IMG/VR virus record: IMGVR_UViG_3300037465_000468
Location: 1-27,541 of that record
DNA length: 27,541 nt
Source: a virus
Lineage: Duplodnaviria > Caudoviricetes
Reading direction: 5' to 3' (one strand)
Under the pieces are notes generated by a model, which was not told the DNA's origin, did not search any database, and saw only the letters and a program-made list of their open reading frames with translations. Positions 25,357 to 27,541 of the stretch are shown piece by piece; the first letter of the stretch is position 1; each line of letters opens with the position of its first letter. Both the position numbers and the translations under genes were made by a program.

Positions 25357-25931
25357 ACGTCGACACTCTGTTGGAGCCCATCCGGATCCTCATCAGGCGC
25401 CTCGCCAGCCTCCGCACCGAGCGCGCGGACATCACGGCGTACATCGCGGAGGCCACCGAGGAGGGTCAGAAGGAGCTGACAAAGCTCCAGGAAGAGCGCT
25501 CCCGCATCGAGGACCGCATCGAGGTTCTCCGGGAGCAGATCCGGGACATGGAGCCGATCGCCTTCGAGCAACTGGAGAACATCGAAGCGAAGGCGAAGAA
25601 GCTCGTCGACGAGATCCGCTCGACCGCACACAACCTGCCCATCGAGGCTCTGACGAAGGGGCTGAAGGTGGAGGTGGAGGGCATCACCGTCTCGGTCAGC
25701 AAGGTGACGACCGTGAAGGAGTACCGGGTCGACGAGCTGCTCCTGCGCCACCCGCATCTCGCCGAGGTCACGGTGGACGGCGACCCGCTCATCGAGCGGA
25801 GGGTGAACGACGCCGTGATGGAGCGCCTGCTCGCCCGCGGAGACGTCACCGAGGAGCAGCTCGACGGCATCGTCGTGCTCATCCGTACGAAGGCCCCCGC
25901 TGTCAGCATCGGAGAATCCTCGGATGCCTGA
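25353..25931 (+). CDS. Coiled-coil hypothetical protein (192 aa)
   Basis: 3' part of ORF 24936..25931. GGAGGAGG RBS; ATG 25353 overlaps the udg TGA. Long N-terminal heptad region followed by an alpha/beta C-terminus. Confidence 0.8.
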   Translation: MNVDTLLEPIRILIRRLASLRTERADITAYIAEATEEGQKELTKLQEERSRIEDRIEVLREQIRDMEPIAFEQLENIEAKAKKLVDEIRSTAHNLPIEALTKGLKVEVEGITVSVSKVTTVKEYRVDELLLRHPHLAEVTVDGDPLIERRVNDAVMERLLARGDVTEEQLDGIVVLIRTKAPAVSIGESSDA

Positions 25932-26277
25932 CCTGCTGAAGGCGGGGAAGGTCGGCTACAGGGTCACCGCAACTACGAAAGAGAAGGGTCAGCCTCCCGT
26001 CACCGTCGGCAGCGACACGCGGGAGGAGCCCATCCTGTTGGAGGAGTACTTGGAAGGACCTGTTGCAAGCGTCGGTCTCTCGGTCTCCGTGGGCGCGTCC
26101 ACGGAGTTCGCGAGGGAGAAGATCGAGGTGTCGGCGTGGTGCACGCTGCCCTGCAAGCCGGAGGACAAGGCCATCGCCGAGGCCTACCAGCGTGCGGCCA
26201 TCATCGTGATGACCGAGGCGCAGAACCGCCTGGACGAAGCGTCGGCGAAGTTCTTCCCGAACATGGGGAACAGCTGA
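25924..26277 (+). CDS. Hypothetical protein (117 aa)
   Basis: GGAG RBS, overlapping coupling with both neighbours, and typical codon usage. Confidence 0.75.
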   Translation: MPDLLKAGKVGYRVTATTKEKGQPPVTVGSDTREEPILLEEYLEGPVASVGLSVSVGASTEFAREKIEVSAWCTLPCKPEDKAIAEAYQRAAIIVMTEAQNRLDEASAKFFPNMGNS

Positions 26278-26570
26278 TGGCTCGGATCGACAACTCGAAG
26301 ATCACCCAGGTGCGCATCGGGGAGATCCGGGCTCGCCTCATCGGTCCCCGGGTCTCACTCGACGGTCGGTTCGCGTACACGGACGAGGCTGGGGTGACCT
26401 ACGGGCAGACCCAGTTCGGCGTCTTCAGCAAGAGGACGTGGGAGATCCTCCGGCAGCTCGGTGAGTCGATGGAGTTGGACTTTGCCGAGGCCATCACCGG
26501 AGTGGCGGAAGAGCCGGAAACACCTGGAGAACAGGCCGACGAGGGAGAGGCGCCGTTCTTCGAGCGCTGA
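26277..26570 (+). CDS. Hypothetical protein (97 aa) with acidic C-terminal tail
   Basis: 3' part of ORF 26136..26570. TGATG coupling at 26275-26279. Translation MARIDNSKITQV...EEPETPGEQADEGEAPFFER. Confidence 0.75.
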   Translation: MARIDNSKITQVRIGEIRARLIGPRVSLDGRFAYTDEAGVTYGQTQFGVFSKRTWEILRQLGESMELDFAEAITGVAEEPETPGEQADEGEAPFFER

Positions 26571-26585
26571 GGCGTTGCAAGGCGA

Positions 26586-26614
26586 TTGACTCGGGGTCCG
26601 GGTCGTCATAGCCT
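26586..26614 (+). promoter_or_regulatory. Sigma70/sigmaA-like promoter
   Basis: TTGACT (26586-91), a 17-nt spacer, then TAGCCT (26609-14). It is intergenic, about 90 nt upstream of the DnaB-like gene. Confidence 0.65.
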
Positions 26615-26705
26615 ACTTGGACCCCCTTCGCCGGGGGAGTGCTGACCCCACTCGACGCCAGGACCCCTCAGCGAGGGGAGGCGCCGAACTGTCTTTGGAG
26701 GACGC

Positions 26706-27541
26706 GTGAATCTCGACCTGTCGTTGGTCGCAGCAGTACTTGAGGGGAGGGACATCCAGCGGGCCGTGAGGCAGGGAGCGAACGCGGACCTGCTCGGAGA
26801 GGAGGCCCAGCTCTACTGGGACGTACTGACGGGGCACTACGAGCAGTTCCACGAGGTCCCGAGCCTGGACCTCTTCCAGGAGTACTGCCCCTCCTACGAA
26901 CACCGGCCACCGGGCGACAACGTCGACGCCATCGTCCGGGAGCTGAAGACCCGGAAACTCGGCAACGAGATCGATCGCCTCCTTCAGGACATCGCCGAGA
27001 TGAACAGCGTGGACCCCTGGAAGGCAAAGACGAGGCTCATCGAGGAGGGCGACCGGGTCAACACCCGCAACCAGCTCCTGAACACACGGTTCCTGCTGGG
27101 GTCCGACAAGATCCAGGTCCTGAAGACCCTGGAGACGCTTCGACACGGGAACGGCCTCCTCGGGTACGAGTGGCCCTGGGAGTACCTGAACCAGCGCACT
27201 GTGGGCGTCTGCCCCGGGAACCTCTTCTACTTCTACGGCCGCTCGAAGAGCAAGAAGACGTGGCTGCTCCTCTTCCTCGCCCTCTTCTACGAGAGCCTCG
27301 GCCTGAAGGTCCTGTTCTTCACCCGGGAGATGACTGCCGAGGAACTTCGGTGGCGATCCTACGCGCTCCGGTGCGGCTTCAATTTCCTGAAGTTCATGAA
27401 GGGCGAGATCAGCACTGAAGAGACGAAGAAGCTCGTCACTGCCATGGACCAGTTCGCCGAGCATGGACGGTTCGTGATCTCCGAGGTCGGTGGAGGAATC
27501 GCGGAGTTCAAAGCCGAGGTCGAGGAGGTGCGTCCGCACAT
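26706..27541 (+). CDS. dnaB: DnaB-like (SF4) replicative helicase, partial (runs off the window)
   Basis: Not in the ORF track because it is open-ended. GGAGG RBS and GTG 26706. Manual translation: MNLDLSLVAAVL...GLLGYEWPWEYLNQRTVGVCPGNLFYFYGRSKSKKTWLL...KVLFFTREMTAEELRWR, matching the H1 and H1a motifs of DnaB. Confidence 0.85.
   Translation, partial: MNLDLSLVAAVLEGRDIQRAVRQGANADLLGEEAQLYWDVLTGHYEQFHEVPSLDLFQEYCPSYEHRPPGDNVDAIVRELKTRKLGNEIDRLLQDIAEMNSVDPWKAKTRLIEEGDRVNTRNQLLNTRFLLGSDKIQVLKTLETLRHGNGLLGYEWPWEYLNQRTVGVCPGNLFYFYGRSKSKKTWLLLFLALFYESLGLKVLFFTREMTAEELRWRSYALRCGFNFLKFMKGEISTEETKKLVTAMDQFAEHGRFVISEVGGGIAEFKAEVEEVRPH

Noticed and set aside
26613-27539. 308-aa minus-strand ORF at the right end
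   Set aside because: It is the antisense shadow of the plus-strand DnaB-like gene, which has an RBS, a promoter and family motifs.
1-27541. CRISPR arrays, tRNA/rRNA genes, IS elements, stop-codon reassignment
   Set aside because: I saw no spaced direct repeats, cloverleafs or transposase motifs. Genes tile densely in the standard code, and TAG, TGA and TAA are all used as stops.

Overview
This window looks like part of a large, high-GC (about two-thirds GC, estimated by eye) tailed dsDNA phage genome using the standard genetic code. The left 22.8 kb is mostly a minus-strand morphogenesis module. It holds a partial lambda-gpA-type large terminase, a gp5/VgrG-like baseplate spike, an intein-containing portal and several unknown putative virion proteins rich in K-x-A motifs. 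Inside this module is one 9-kb gene for a fused, streamlined beta-beta' multi-subunit RNA polymerase. It carries two LAGLIDADG inteins: one just after the NADFDGD catalytic motif, with atypical Ser...Trp-Asp ends, and one directly after the trigger-loop His. The right 4.7 kb is a plus-strand DNA-metabolism module with an SF2 helicase, a family-4 uracil-DNA glycosylase, small hypothetical genes and a partial DnaB-like helicase behind a sigma70-like promoter. Other notable signals are a 36-aa poly-Glu gene divergent from the RNAP, a TTTCGG..ATAAGGA motif shared by two divergent intergenic regions, and a (GA)8 tract that appears to frameshift a gene. All assignments come from motif recognition by eye; no database searches were run.
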